Shown: positions 13,038-27,414 of the stretch, in pieces | Layout of the letters: every line of letters starts with the position of its first letter | How positions within the stretch are numbered: position 1 is the first letter of the stretch | The notes under the pieces: generated by a model | What the model was told of the DNA's origin: nothing | Databases searched by the model: none | The model's input: the letters and a program-made list of their open reading frames with translations, nothing else | Program-made: the position numbers and the translations under genes | Assembly: GCF_009914755.1 (NCBI RefSeq) | Contig: NC_060937.1 | Direction: 5' to 3' (one strand) | From: the human T2T-CHM13v2.0 reference genome, Homo sapiens | DNA: 64,000 nucleotides

Positions 13038-13499
13038 CAGCACTTATGAAACCCACTGCCCAGTGCCATCTGCCCCACATTGCCTCCCAACAAACAGCCC
13101 CGACCCCAGCCTGCTTTCGTTCAGTCACATTTCTGGGAAAACAAATCTGCTGTCTCCTGGCACCTCTGTCTGACATCTTCCAATAAAGCAGCCACCCCAC
13201 GGCCAGCAGCAGCAGACCCGAAGGGGGTTTCTGACTCAGAGACCTGGGTGCTCAGATGCCCCAGACTTCAGCAGAACCAGAGCTTTAAGCTTTGCTACTA
13301 TTATTGGAATTCAAGTCATCAAGAAAACTAGACAGATGGGCCAATCTAAATATTCTGCAATTGGTAAGGATTTCACAGAGCTTCCGCACAAAGAGAGACG
13401 TATCTCAAGTTCACAGCCATCTCCCCAGCGCCCCCCACCCTACCCCACAGAGAGTCCCTGGGACTGGGGGTGCAAATGAAGTCAGTTCAGTCTCAATAC

Positions 13500-14099
13500 C
13501 TAAGTTGTTCCAAAAATCCTCTTTAATAATACATGTAGCCAACATTGCTGCAATCAGTATAAAAACAAAGTTATTCCTGATTTTGTATAAATGAACACGT
13601 CGAGAGTCAGGATTATAAAGCATCAAGATACAAGTACCAAGTGGGAGGACCAAAGACAACTCACAGTGAAGAGAAACGCTTGAGAACAAGAAATGTCAGA
13701 GTTGTAGGACGTGGTAACAACCCAGGGTGCTGAAACGGTCAGAGGTGCAGGTGCAGACGCAGGCTTCTGCCTCTGCAAGGGCAAGGGGGCCGTTGGTGGC
13801 TGGCTGCAAAGGACCAGTGCCAGGCAGCGGGGCAGAGAGCACCAGGGGTCTCGACTCTGCAGATTGGGCTTTGCAGAGGATTCCTGTTTCCCACCTCCCC
13901 ACCCCTCTGACAGAGACTGAGGAGACCACACACGTTGACCTCCTCTTCATAGCCAGCCATCATTTCCACTCCAACATTCTGCTGCGGGTGTCATTCTGGA
14001 AAATAATTCCTTGCTGTTCCTTGCTCCTTTCAGATCACAGCTTGCCTGGTCAGACCCCTTCCCAACATGCACAGTCTGAGTCCAGGAGGCCCTCGAAAG
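13500..14099 (-). other. RAB20: RAB20 3'UTR (end approximate)
   Basis: Between stop (14100-14102) and predicted cleavage ~20 nt past ATTAAA. Confidence 0.75.
13522..13527 (-). terminator. RAB20: RAB20 polyadenylation signal ATTAAA
   Basis: + strand TTTAAT; minus strand reads TGTATTATTAAA (UGUA directly upstream); no AATAAA seen closer to the stop. Confidence 0.7.
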
Positions 14100-14632
14100 T
14101 CAGGCACAACACCCAGATCTGGTCCTCTTGGGTGGCTTATGACTGGATATATCCACTGTGTGTGACGGCCTCTCAGCTCTCTGCTGTAAGATCATTGGCA
14201 CCACCAGGTCAAAGAGGGTCTCAAACAGGAGGTCCACATTGTAGCCGGTCTTGGCGCTGGTCTCAAAGCACATTTGCTCAGCGGCCGGCACATCCTGCTC
14301 ATCCAGCATCTTGTACTTGAGGATCTTTTTATAAAGGGCCACCGCATCCTCCAGCTGCACCTGCTTAGGTGCCCTTGGGGAGACACGGTCCCCAGCGTCC
14401 ATATTGGGACTGCACTCTTCCTTCTCCTGGCCCGCCAAGGCCCCCTCCTCAGTGAGGTCCACTTTGTTCCCCACGATGGCGAAGAGGCAGTCTTTGCTGG
14501 CTGTGTCTGTCAGGCCCAGGAACCGGTCCTCCAGCTCCACCAGGCTCTGCCGGTGATTCACATCATAGGTGAGGATGATGGCGGCCGCCCCCCGGCAGTA
14601 CATGGAGCCCAGGCCGTGGAACTGCTCCCGCC
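14100..14632 (-). CDS. RAB20: Ras-related protein Rab-20, exon 2 (533 nt)
   Basis: Acceptor ctctcttcccaccAG (+ strand ct 14633-14634); (G)REQFHGLGSMYCRGA..NKVD..ETSAK..RSGCCA*; with exon 1 gives 705 nt = 234 aa. Confidence 0.98.
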
Positions 14633-14711
14633 CTGGTGGGAAGAGAGGGACAGAAAGAGTGGTTATCTCTCATCTCAGAACATAGCCACCAGCCACACTG
14701 CAAGGGAACGT

Positions 14712-14938
14712 CCCACAGGGATGTTTATTTTTAGGGCAACACACACAGGATGAAATGCTTAAACATAGTTGATGGAGAATGTGCCACCCATGGGCACCAT
14801 CCCCAAAGCAGGCAGCCCCTCGAGAAAACAAGCTGTTGGGTGCCCAGACTAGATGGGAAACAGAATCCAAGAATGTTCAGGAAGAACGGGCCTCAGGCAT
14901 TCACACAGCCCTCCCTGCCTTCAAGCACCAACTCCAAA
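14712..14938 (+). repeat. Copy B of 227-bp local direct duplication
   Basis: Ungapped match to 11778-12004. Confidence 0.95.
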
Positions 14939-16984
14939 GGAGTCCTGGCCCCAGCCATGGCTGGAGATGGAAGGAATCAAGAACTGATGTCCAGAAAAAA
15001 GCAGCGACTGCCAAGGCCCTTGCTGAGATAGAAGCTGACTCGGGAATGCAGACTCCGGAAGCAAAGTGTGCCCATGTCCCTTCACCCTCCTCCTTTACAC
15101 CCCCTGGGTGCTCCCAGCTGCCCTGTGCTGCCCTGCCCAGGAAGTGCTGCGGGGAGGGCTTCTGAGTTCATAACAGCAGTTGTAAACCACACCTGCCCTT
15201 ATCTGCCCAGAATCACACAGCACCCTGCGGTGCTCACGATATTTTTAGGACACAGTGGACATCTCCCCTCCCACGCTGGAATCGGAATCCCTGAGGAGCC
15301 AGGCCCCAGCATTCGCACTTCTTGTGGGTGCCGCAGCCCCGCCTGCCCTCCAGGTTTAAAACAGACAGAGGTGCGGGCAATTGCAGGCAAGCCGGGAACC
15401 TGCTCCCAAAACATTTCCAGGTTGAGATCAAACCCTCGGGACACAGCTCAACGTCAACACATTGGCTACTGACAAGGTGCTGTCTGTCACTGGGTCTGGC
15501 GGGGAACAGGGCCAGCTGGCATGCACCCCTGCAGTGCCTGGAGTGTGGGCATCTGCTCTCCCCGTGCCCCCAGCACTTCAGCCTCACGAGGTCGATGTGG
15601 GCACACACACTTTCCATGAGGAAACTGAAGTGTGGGGGAGTCAGGCATAGCAGCGCTAGAGGGAGGCTGGGCCAGGGCACTGGAACACCCGCCACCGTCC
15701 TACATTTAAACGCAGAGACCCCCGAACTGATGGCTAAAAAGGAAGATTAAAAGGTCCCCAGCTCTGTGTACTTTTACAATGCAGTCATCTAATCAAATCA
15801 ACCCGGGTCAGAATACACTCCCCACAGGTAACACCTGCACATCCGTACTGTTCTGTTCCCAACGTCTGCCCCAGGACCACCTTTCTATCCCACCAACAGT
15901 GCACAGATCCCCAAGGGGGCCCGCTCACCTCCCCACCAGCAGGCGGCTCCCTGCCAGTCCACTCAAGGGCTACCTAGGAACTTTCTGGCAGAATTCTGAA
16001 CCCCTGTCTGTAGCACAAGCTTTCTGCATACTCAGATGTGGAGGACAGACTCCCACAAGGGGAGCAGATCTGGCCAAGGCAGGTGTTCCTGGGACAGGTG
16101 CAGTGCACGCAGCAGGTGAGAGCCCCCAGCAGGGAGGGCCGAGCCGAGCACGCCTGCTGGTATGTCCTCCCAGCCTTGGCGTGCTTTTCATCGTTGGACA
16201 CATCTGCCGCACTGGGGGGACGAGCTCTCAGGAAGCAGCTGTGGGAGAGGCAGCAGCATGCACCTTGGCCCCCACCTGCCTCTCGAGGACCGAGCAGGCT
16301 GTGCATGGCATGGGCCCTCCCTGCTGGCAGGAAGGGGCTTCACAGACGCTCCTGGTGATGCATTTGTTTCAATCACCAACAAGCAAACCCCAAGTGAGAT
16401 CTTCCAACCACAAAGCACCTGCTCCCAACCACACCTGCCGGGGGCACGCTTTCGAAGAGGAATGAGACTGAGACCTGTGCTCAGACGCCATCCCAAGGAG
16501 CCTCTGCAGACAGGCCTGGAAGCTCCCATAGCACCTGCTGCAGGCCAGCTCATCCCCTCCTCCCTGGGGCATGTGTGGCCTCCCGGGCCATGCCCTTAGG
16601 CCAAGAGGAGGGAGAGCTGGGAACGACTGACAGCACTGGCCTCCACTCTCGAGCTCAGAACGCCAAGGTCAAGTGCCTCTGAACAAGGATGAGGCTGCTG
16701 GGGCACTGGCGCAGAGAGAGGTGGCACCCAGGGAGTGTCCAGGCCCCATTCCAATCCCTCGCCTGGGAGAAGTAAGCCTGGTTCTGATTTTTTAAAAAGA
16801 AGCTAACAATGTGGATTTTAATCTCCCAAGTTTTAAGCACTCAAAACTAATTCAAAATTTTCTAAAGATCACATTTAGGCAAACCAAAATGCAACAGTGG
16901 CCCATCATTGGCAGCTTCTAAATTATAAATGGTCCCATGTCACTCTGAGGGCAACTTCCCCTGAGTGTGTGGACAGTGTCGACC

Positions 16985-17130
16985 ACTAGCAAGGGCTCTT
17001 AACCACTGGGGTCATAAACCAAATTCACAGGGTCCATGACCTTGAATGAGGGAGAAAACATCATCTTTGTTTTCACCACCCTCTACCTGAAATTTACCAT
17101 TTCCTTTCACCACAAATATTGGCAGCAAAC
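16985..17130. mobile_element. hAT/Charlie-like DNA transposon remnant
   Basis: agggtccatgaccttga...catctttgttttcaccaccctctacctgaaattta resembles Charlie-family consensus from memory. Confidence 0.3.
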
Positions 17131-18259
17131 TGCAGAAATGGCAGTAAGGGGCACTCATCACCAACAGGGCCAGCAGGTGCTTCCATCCGCATGCCAGATG
17201 CCTCAGACACTCCAGCGTGATGCCCACGACCCTTCAGACCTGCCATGCCTTCATTCATTAATATGTGGACCATGAACCACATATCAATCATAATTTAAAA
17301 AGGCTCAAGACGACTGTACTTAAGGACAGCTGGTTACCTTTGTATGTGACTGCACGCACTTGGGCATAGTGTTCTGAGAAGGGGTCCTGGGCTTGTACCC
17401 CTCGGGGACCGAGGGGTCTTGACACAAATGAAGTTAAGGCCCCTTGGTCTGTGGGGCTTTGGAGCATGGACTGAACGCATGACACCTGCACACATGTGGC
17501 TCTCTAAGGCAGACTGTCCTTTGCCAATAAACCACTGTTTAGAGCCAAATAGCCAAGAAGCACAACCAAATTTCATCCCATTCCCATCCCCAATCTTTCT
17601 GAAATGGCCACACATTCTGATGACGCCAAGTCCTCAAACCTTGCTGGGCGATGCTGCCTGGATTTTGAGGCAGGCTGGTCACCCCTTGGGCAACCCTGGA
17701 GAGAGGCGCCCACAGAGACACACACTCATGTCCTGTGAGAAGAGCCAGACAGACCTGTCTACTGACCACTGTGGTCTCCCAGGCCCCGAGCGTGGACTCC
17801 AGCTCCCCCTTCAGCAAAGCCGACAGTGTGCCCTTTGGGGATGTGGAGGGAAAGCGAGCTGGGAGCTGAGCCCAGACCAGCTCTGGTAGGAGTCAGAAGA
17901 ATGTGCCCTGCTGCCAGTCTGAGGGTCAAAGTGCGAGAGCTACCCGGGTCACCTCCCTCTTCTGGGAAAAGCCAGCCTGGGAATGCTGTTGTTTGGGCGA
18001 CAGAGCCACCCTGTTGGCAAGCAGCTTGTGCTCTGGAATTCAGCACCTGAAGGGCAACATTCCTCCCTTCCGCACGCCTACCAGGGGTCAGCTTCAGACT
18101 GAGAAGTCAATCCGTTTCCAGTCAAGCTGGACTGGACCCCAGGAGGCAGAAATCAGACAGTGTCCCCGGAATCCACAGTCATTCTCCCCCTACAGAAGAT
18201 GATGATCAAAAGCCTTTAAAACCCAATACAGCAGGCATTAGCTTCAAAAAGAACAGGCT

Positions 18260-18923
<664 letters not shown>

Positions 18924-20528
18924 TCAGGGACACTAATCCCATAGATAACAGTCCAGGCATCATGAGGTTTTTACATGAGCTAAAAACGTCATCAGCTTCT
19001 ACCCACCAGATTTCACAAGAGTGTGACTATGGGAATGCGGAGTCAGGGGCACTCCAGCTACCCTGGAAGAATGGTTTTCAAGTCTCTGTTACATAGTTCA
19101 CTAGGGCCAAAGGGAGAACCGTGTTGATGCCTATGCCTAAAATAGTTTTCCATTCCAGATAAAAATGCCTGATTTGCCTTTAAAAAACTAAAAAAGGAAA
19201 TAATAATATAAAAGGAAAGATCTTAGTAATGAAAGGAAACAGGAACTGAAGAATCACAAATGCTAGCCAGAAAAAAGTAAGAATTGTTGCTTGAACCCTA
19301 TAATCTGTTATCTACCCATTAATGAATGCAAACCAATTAAATGCAGTTGCCCCAGCTAAAGAATTTACAAGCAAGCAGTTTTCATATTTGAAATTCTAAA
19401 ATACTGCTTTGGAGATAATGTATAGCTTTTAGGATTGCTAATGGAAGAGTCAGGCTGCTCTCAATGAGCGCATTGTCCACACCAAGAAGGGCCAGTCCCG
19501 CAGGGAACAGAAGTTCTGAATTTAATCCTAATTGAATTTGAGTAGGGGCTCTGGTATGTAAGGCATGAGAGTGAACATAAGACAATGAAAATAAAATGGT
19601 GTCACCACAACTTGACCTTTTGCACTTGGCTTTGACAGATTCACAGTGTATTTGAATCCAAGGACCCTCACGCGTTTTCTGGAAGTTTGTGAATGTGCTC
19701 TGAGCCGGGCCGTCAGCCCCCTGCTGCCAACCCCATACACATGTCAGCCCCTGTATCTCTCAGAATATTGATTTCCTGTCTACAAGTATGGGCTTAAACT
19801 GAGTACTTCAAAGTCCCTCTCCCTGGAAACAGGATCAGGCATCTCTATCTCTATTGCCTTCTCCCCCAGACCGGAGTCCGTCAGTACCAATCGTGAAGCC
19901 AAAGCACTGAGAGTTCTGGTGGTTTACCTGGACTTTCCTGGAGAAATAAACAGCCTCAGGTCCAATTCTGGGGATGCCAGAGCCCCAGGCTGCCCCAGAA
20001 ACAGGGCAAAAGAGAAAAATCACAAATTGGTTCAAATTCAACCAATGCAGCCAAGGGTCAGTGAGCTGCCAACCCTGGTCTGGTGAACGGAGCCAGGCTG
20101 CCGAGCCTGTGTGGCCACTACCAACACGGGCCTGACATCATCAGGGCTGGGGGCACGGGTTCAAGCCTGAGGAAGGAGCCCAGCCTTCCGCCAGACTCTC
20201 CCGCCTTTTTGCCTGGGCTGTCTCCAGGCCAAGCAGATGGGAGGATGGGTGAGTGACCGGAGCCTGGGGCTCTAGGTTCGACTTGTCCAGGAATTATTAC
20301 TCGTCTATGTAGCAAATCCGTAAGTGATCTGCTCAGCTTTATGTCACCAACACATACAGACGAAGAGGTCAATTACCCCTGGTGGTGAGGGAAACCTGAA
20401 TCTGTAAGAACGCCTCCAATGTCTGATCAGCCACACTGTTGGACAAACTACTGAAATGCAGCAAAACTGACCAGGACTTTAACCGTGAGTTCAGAGCAGC
20501 CAGAAATGAAGACGCCCTGCTCACTGCA

Positions 20529-21465
20529 GACAGGGCCCTGGGGAGGCAGGTCCCACCACCCCACCTCTACACAGACACAGGGCCCCGGGGAGGCAGGTCC
20601 CACCACCCCACCTCTACGCAGACACAGGGCCCCGGGGAGGCAGGTCCCACCCGCCCCACCTCTACGCAGACACAGGGCCCCGGGGAGGCAGGTCCCACCC
20701 GCCCCACCTCTACGCAGACACAGGGCCCCGGGGAGGCAGGTCCCACCCGCCCCACCTCTACGCAGACACAGGGCCCCGGGGAGGCAGGTCCCACCCGCCC
20801 CACCTCTACGCAGACACAGGGCCCCGGGGAGGCAGGTCCCACCCGCCCCACCTCTACGCAGACACAGGGTCCCGGGGAGGCAGGTCCCACCCGCCCCACC
20901 TCTACGCAGACACAGGACCCCGGGGAGGCAGGTCCCACCCGCCCCACCTCTACGCAGACACAGGGCCCCGGGGAGGCAGGTCCCACCCGCCCCACCTCTA
21001 CGCAGACACAGGGCCCCGGGGAGGCAGGTCCCACCCGCCCCACCTCTACGCAGACACAGGGCCCTAGGGAGGTAGGTCCCACCCGCCCCACCTCTACACA
21101 GACACAGGACCCTGGGGAGGTAGGTCCCACCCGCCCCACCTCTACACAGACACAGGACCCTGGGGAAGTAGGTCCCACCCGCCCCACCTCTACACAGACA
21201 CAGGACCCTGGGGAAGTAGGTCCCACCCGCCCCACCTCTACAGACACAGGACCCTGGGGAAGTAGGTCCCACCCTCCCCACCTCTACACAGACACAGGAC
21301 CCTGGGGAAGTAGGTCCCACCCGCCCCACCTCTACGCAGACACAGGGCCCTAGGGAAGTAGGTCCCACCCGCTCCACCTCTACACAGACACAGGACCCTG
21401 GGGAAGTAGGTCCCACCCACCCCACCTCTACACAGACACAGGGCCCTCAGGAGGCAGGTCCCACC
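20529..21465. repeat. 48-bp minisatellite/VNTR, ~19.5 copies, in RAB20 intron
   Basis: Unit CAGGGCCCCGGGGAGGCAGGTCCCACCCGCCCCACCTCTACGCAGACA. Confidence 0.97.
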
Positions 21466-22089
21466 AGGTTTGTTTCTCGAATTTACAGATCTAAAAACAC
21501 AATTGTGTCTGTTCACCTAAAGAGCTAATTCCACTCACTTTATGAGGTTTAAGTTCTGTCTAAACAAGAGAAATGGAAGCCAGAACAGGACTTCGTAATT
21601 TATAGCAGGGAATGAGCTGTTAACTTCCACGATCCCGTCCTGTATCAAGGACAGGAAGCGCTGCATTAGCGATGGGAAGAAGCATGGCCAGCACAGTGTG
21701 AGTCCTCAGGGTTTATTATGCTCGTGCAGGCTTCCCTTTCCCATGTTTTACAGGAGGAGGAACTGAGGCACAGATGGAGAAGGAGGTGGGCAACAGACAC
21801 AGGAGCGGTGGAGCCCTGAGAAGCACGCTGGCAACAGGCACCCCAGGGAGTCTGGTCTAACCACCCCCAGAGGCAGAGGAAGGGGCCTAGGGCCCCTTTG
21901 AGGTGGGCTGCTGGGCAGGAGAAAAGCCTGCCTCCACCCTGTGATCCCACAGAGCACAGGCATTTGCAGAATGCAGCCACCTTCCCAGGAGCTCCAAATT
22001 TTACGCAGAGAACTATCCTGGAAGTGCCGGCTAATTCGCTGGGCAGGGACTGCAGAGCGTTCTGGTAAACAGCCCCCACTCTAGAGACA

Positions 22090-22270
22090 GACTACATTCA
22101 AATCCCCACCGTGTGACCTTGGGCAAGTCACTTAGACATGCGGTACCTCAGTTTCCCCGTCACTAAAATGTGGGTTACACCTGCCAAAGGGTGGCTGAGA
22201 AAGCAGAATCTGCACACAGGTAAACTGGCTGGAGCTGCACCCAGCACATTAGGCCCTGTAATAGAAGTGC
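22090..22270 (+). mobile_element. MIR
   Basis: gtgtgaccttgggcaagtcacttag...cctcagtttccccgtcactaaaatg. Confidence 0.75.
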
Positions 22271-22719
22271 TTGTTCCATAAATCGTGAGATTCCTCCCAA
22301 ACCTAAGGATGGATGCCACCGTCCCAGGGCTGCCCATGTCCCGGGTCTCATCATCCCTCCATTTACACACCACCTCCTGGGGCCGACTGGGCGCTTTTGC
22401 AGTGGACCAATCTTCTACGTTTCTTATTCTCAGATGATGACCTTCTCCCTGGTCCTGGGGGTGCTCCGGATGTTGCCAGATCAGTGGAGCTGACATGGCC
22501 CAGGGTTCAGGCAGAAGGGGAAGGGAAGTCAGCACCCACAGTAATCCTGATTCACTGTTGCGGAACCAAAAACTGCCCAAGTGCTTTCCATTTCACTCTT
22601 CAGCCTTCCCAAAGCCAAACACAGCCAGGCTTCTACCCCAAGTGTTGTGTCGTTTTCACTATTGGTTTAAATAAGAGTGGGTTGAGATAGCCATCAGAAG
22701 CCACGGACACCCTTGGCTC

Positions 22720-22855
22720 ACATCTTAAGCATGGGGTGGGGAGACTTAAAAAATACTGATGCTCAGACCCTGACCCAGCTGCCAGGGCAAGAGTGGGGCT
22801 GGCATTTGTATCAGCTTTAAAAGCGCCCCAGGTGAATACCAGGTGCACCAGGAGT
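22720..22855. mobile_element. MER5A-like DNA transposon remnant
   Basis: aaatactgatgctcagacc...gtggggctggcatttgtat...aaagcgccccaggtga. Confidence 0.55.
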
Positions 22856-22995
22856 GAAAATCAGCAATTTACCCAGTGAAAGTGGGAAATAAAAGGGCAG
22901 CTATTGAAATGTAAGAATTAGAAAGCTTGGTATTTCAATTCATTGAAAAGTGAGCCCTACCAGGAAATGCAAACACTGAGACAACAGGAACTTTC

Positions 22996-23609
<614 letters not shown>

Positions 23610-24031
23610 CGGAGAACAGAAACTTTTAAGATGAGTTCTCTGCCTTGCCAGATCGGACAGCCCCCTGGCAGGGAGCTCACAAAACATCGATGTGACAACC
23701 TGAGGAAAGGAAAAGTGCATATTCCCAGACCAGAGATGGGAGCAAAATAAGCAACTCCAGCAATGGCACCAGCAGCAGCGCAGCCTAGAGGAGCTGTGAC
23801 ACACTTCCCATCAGAGATTGTTCAAAAACACCACGACATGCTTTCTCCAGTGTTTGCAGGTTGCATCCACAAATACGAGCCAAAAGGTTATTTTAGTTCT
23901 ATTTTGTAAAGTTGATGAGTTTTGGCTAAAGTTGAGAGTCATGGGACCATCTCCACAGGCATGATCTACATTCCCTCTAGGTTTGTTTTTTTTAAACCGA
24001 TAGTGAACTTGGTTAAATAATGGTGCGTGGA

Positions 24032-24320
24032 GGCCAGGCACAGTGGTTCATACCTGTAATCCTAGCACTTCAGAAGGCTGATGTGGGAGGATCCCTTGAG
24101 CCCCTGAGTTTGAGACCAGCCTGGGTGACACAGTGAGTCCCTATCTCTACAAAAAAAATTTAAAAATGAGCTGGGTATGATGGTATGTGCCTGTAGTCCC
24201 AGCTACTCTGAGGAGGCTGAGGCAGGAGGATCGCTTAAGCCCAGGAGGTTGGGCTGCAGTGAGCTGTGATACTGCCACTGCACTCTAGCCCGGGCAGCAG
24301 AGCAAGACCCTACCTCAAAA
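24032..24320 (+). mobile_element. Alu (AluJ-type)
   Basis: Full dimer. Confidence 0.93.
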
Positions 24321-24679
24321 AGAGAGAATGGGATGTGGAAGCAACCATCCCCCTCAGGAGCATTAGAAAAGAATAAATAATTGACTACTATAACCAACAC
24401 TGTATTCAATTGTTTGTTGATTTTAGTGCAGTAAGGAAGGCCCACAAGAGTCCCTGGGTGCATGAATGGAGCTGGGCTGCCTGGAGCCAGCACAGGGCCT
24501 GGCTGGACACACCTGCCCCCACCAGTACGTGGAAAGTGGAGAGCTAGCAGGCAAGGGCCCCACGCAGTGGGCAGGCCCTCCCCCCAGAACCCACATGCAC
24601 CAAAGCCTCCAGAGAGCCAACGGCTTGCCAGCCTCCACCCACCGTGATGGGGAACTGTATCTGGTCGGGCCCCGGTGCC

Positions 24680-24940
24680 CAGCAGTTTGGTCCTGCACTA
24701 GCCTGGACATGGCTGGGAAGGTGTTTTTTAGGTGGGATCAGCATTTACATCAGTGGATGTGAGAAAGCTGACAGTGCTCTGTGATGTGGTAGGCCTCGTC
24801 TAATCAGCTGATGGCCTGAGAAGTAAAGACTGAGCTCTTCCAGACACGAAGGAATTCAGCCCCCAGACAGCAACAAAGCAACCTTGCCTGAGCTCACACA
24901 CCCTCTGTCAGGTCTGTTTCTATGGGGAAGCCTGGCTGCC
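24680..24940. mobile_element. MLT2-like LTR remnant
   Basis: ggcctcgtctaatcagctgatggcctgaga...gtctgtttctatggggaagcctg. Confidence 0.45.
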
Positions 24941-25413
24941 TTATTCACGTGGACTGCTCACTTGCTTCCCTGGGATGGAGGCTGTCTGCAAAGCTGAGGC
25001 TCTCCAGAGAGGCCTGTACAGCTCCCCCATTTTCAGGCTGTCCCCTGAGGCCGAGCCCCTACAAAGAGGTGCTGCCACCGTGATGTACGAGTGTGCCGGT
25101 CAAGGGTGCCGACCACGCCCCGACCCCTGCCTTGCCCCTCAGCCAAACAAATGTCCAGGGCAGGGGAAGTGGCATGACAGGGGCTTTTCAGAAAACTGCA
25201 AGGATCACTTTGACCCAAACTGGTCACTTCTTCATTGAGGGTTCCTTGCCCGGGCAGTTATCTTTCCAAATGCTGATCCAATATGAACACCCTCTACTGT
25301 GCACCCCAGGGGGCTTCCTAGCAGGCTTCAAAAGAGTGTGAACTCCACAAAACTGGACCTCATCATAAATGCACAAGTCCTCTCCTGCCAGCTGTTCAGC
25401 AACTAAACAGTAA

Positions 25414-25763
<350 letters not shown>

Positions 25764-26534
25764 CAGGAACATCTTTTACTGGCAGAGATGGAGAATGTAG
25801 TGAGAAATTTAAATTCAGAATTCTTCCTCATTTTGAAAAGCACACATCTCACCTAGAACTAGCCACATCTCTAAGTCCAAGCCACGTGTGGCCAGTGGCT
25901 ACCATGCTGGATGGCACAGAGCAGACTCTGCTCAGAGCCGGAGACCCCCAACCCGAACCCACCCTGAACACCAGGTACAGTTCCTGGACCACAGCAGACA
26001 CTCACGGGCTGCTTGGAACAGGCATGAAGGAGGCGTGAAGTTACAGAAACGAATAAATAACACATGAGGCTAATTCATACAACCACTTCGTGGGTCACGT
26101 CTTCATGGATCCTTAAACCACTCTGGGAAGTCTCTGTTTTCCATTTTCGCAGATCTACAAGTCAAGGCTCAGAGACTCTACTGGCGAGATTGGAACCCAT
26201 TCCCTAGATTCCACCTCTCCTCCTCCTGCCTGCTCTGAGTGCCTCACAGCTTGGGCCCTTCCATTAAATGCCTGTGCAGTGACTAACTTTTCACAGGCAG
26301 CCGTGAAGCACCGCACACACCCGGCACGCTGGGCCCAGGCCTTCCACGCAGTGGCTGGCCCAGCGCCTCCAAGCGCCCACTGGACCACACCATGCTCTCA
26401 GCCCAGCAGCAGTACCCAAAGCTCCGGCCGCGCAAGGCCTTCCAACACAGAAATGGATTTCATTTCTCTCCTTGAAGGTGAACCAGAGGGCAGGAAACAG
26501 CACTTTCTGTTTAAAAATGGAATCATAAATGTAT

Positions 26535-26975
26535 TATTATGGGTTCAAAAATATACATTCAAGTCTTCATCTCTGGCACCCATGAATGTGGCCTCATTTG
26601 GAAACAGGGTCTCTGCAGAAGTGATTAGCTAAAATGTGACCACATGGAGTACGGCAGACCCTTAATCACATCTAACTGGTGTCCTTATTAGAGAAGACAC
26701 CCGGAGACACAGGGGCAAAGACGATGTGAAGGCAGACCCCCGGGGAGGAGACCATGGGGAAACAGAGGCAGAGATGAGAGCCACAGCTCCGCAGGCAAGG
26801 ACGGCCAGCACCAGTCAGGAGCTGGAGAGTGGCGGGAACAGCCTCTCCCTGGAGCCTCCCGAGGTGCACGGCCCTGCCGACGCCAGTTCAGACCCTACCT
26901 CCAGGATGGGGAGAGGATGAGCTTCTGCTGTTTGAAGCCCTCCCACTTTGTGGAACTTGGTGACTCAGACCCCTA
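26535..26975 (+). mobile_element. MaLR LTR (MLT1B/C/D-like)
   Basis: gaatgtggcctcatttggaaacagggtctctgcaga...actggtgtccttattagaga...ttctgctgtttgaagcc. Confidence 0.8.
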
Positions 26976-27414
26976 CTAAAGCATGGACTGGGCGGCAGGT
27001 GGATGGCCTCCCCCTAGACAGGCACCGAAAGTCAGGAAGAATGATATCTCCTCTCACCAAGGTCCATGTGACAGTCAGGCAGCCAAGAGAAGCTTCTGCT
27101 TCCGTTGCCTCCCCACTTCCTCTCCCCGAGGAAAGCCGGGGAAGAATCAAGATGATGATGAACTTCAGTGAACCCCACTAAAGGAGAAGTCAGTGAGGAT
27201 GGGCCGGAGAACACTGAACTCAGACAACCAGAGTTCAGAGAGGAGGAGGCAGGGCCACCTCCAAGCCCGTCAGCAGAACTGCTCGCTTCCTGAAACAAGT
27301 CACAGCTCACAGAAATCACATGCACAGGAATATCTAAAATGGCTTTTTTTTTGGGCGGGGGGGGGGGGGTTGTTTTTATGTTTATTTTACTTGTACTTTT
27401 TTTTTAATGGGAAT

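Noticed and set aside
15779-16465. 228-aa ATG ORF antisense to RAB20 (likewise 234-aa ORF at 47951-48655)
   Set aside because: Low-information GC-rich composition, no motifs; the second begins in MaLR internal sequence
19712-19730. CTCF-like motif (minus strand GGCAGCAGGGGGCTG)
   Set aside because: Only a partial consensus match; cannot be supported without PWM scoring or ChIP data
20439-21425. 304-325 aa mucin/collagen-like repeat ORFs (TQTQGPGEAGPTRPTS)n
   Set aside because: Product of the 48-bp (multiple of 3) VNTR; near-cognate starts, open on both strands, frameshifted by a 2-bp unit deletion
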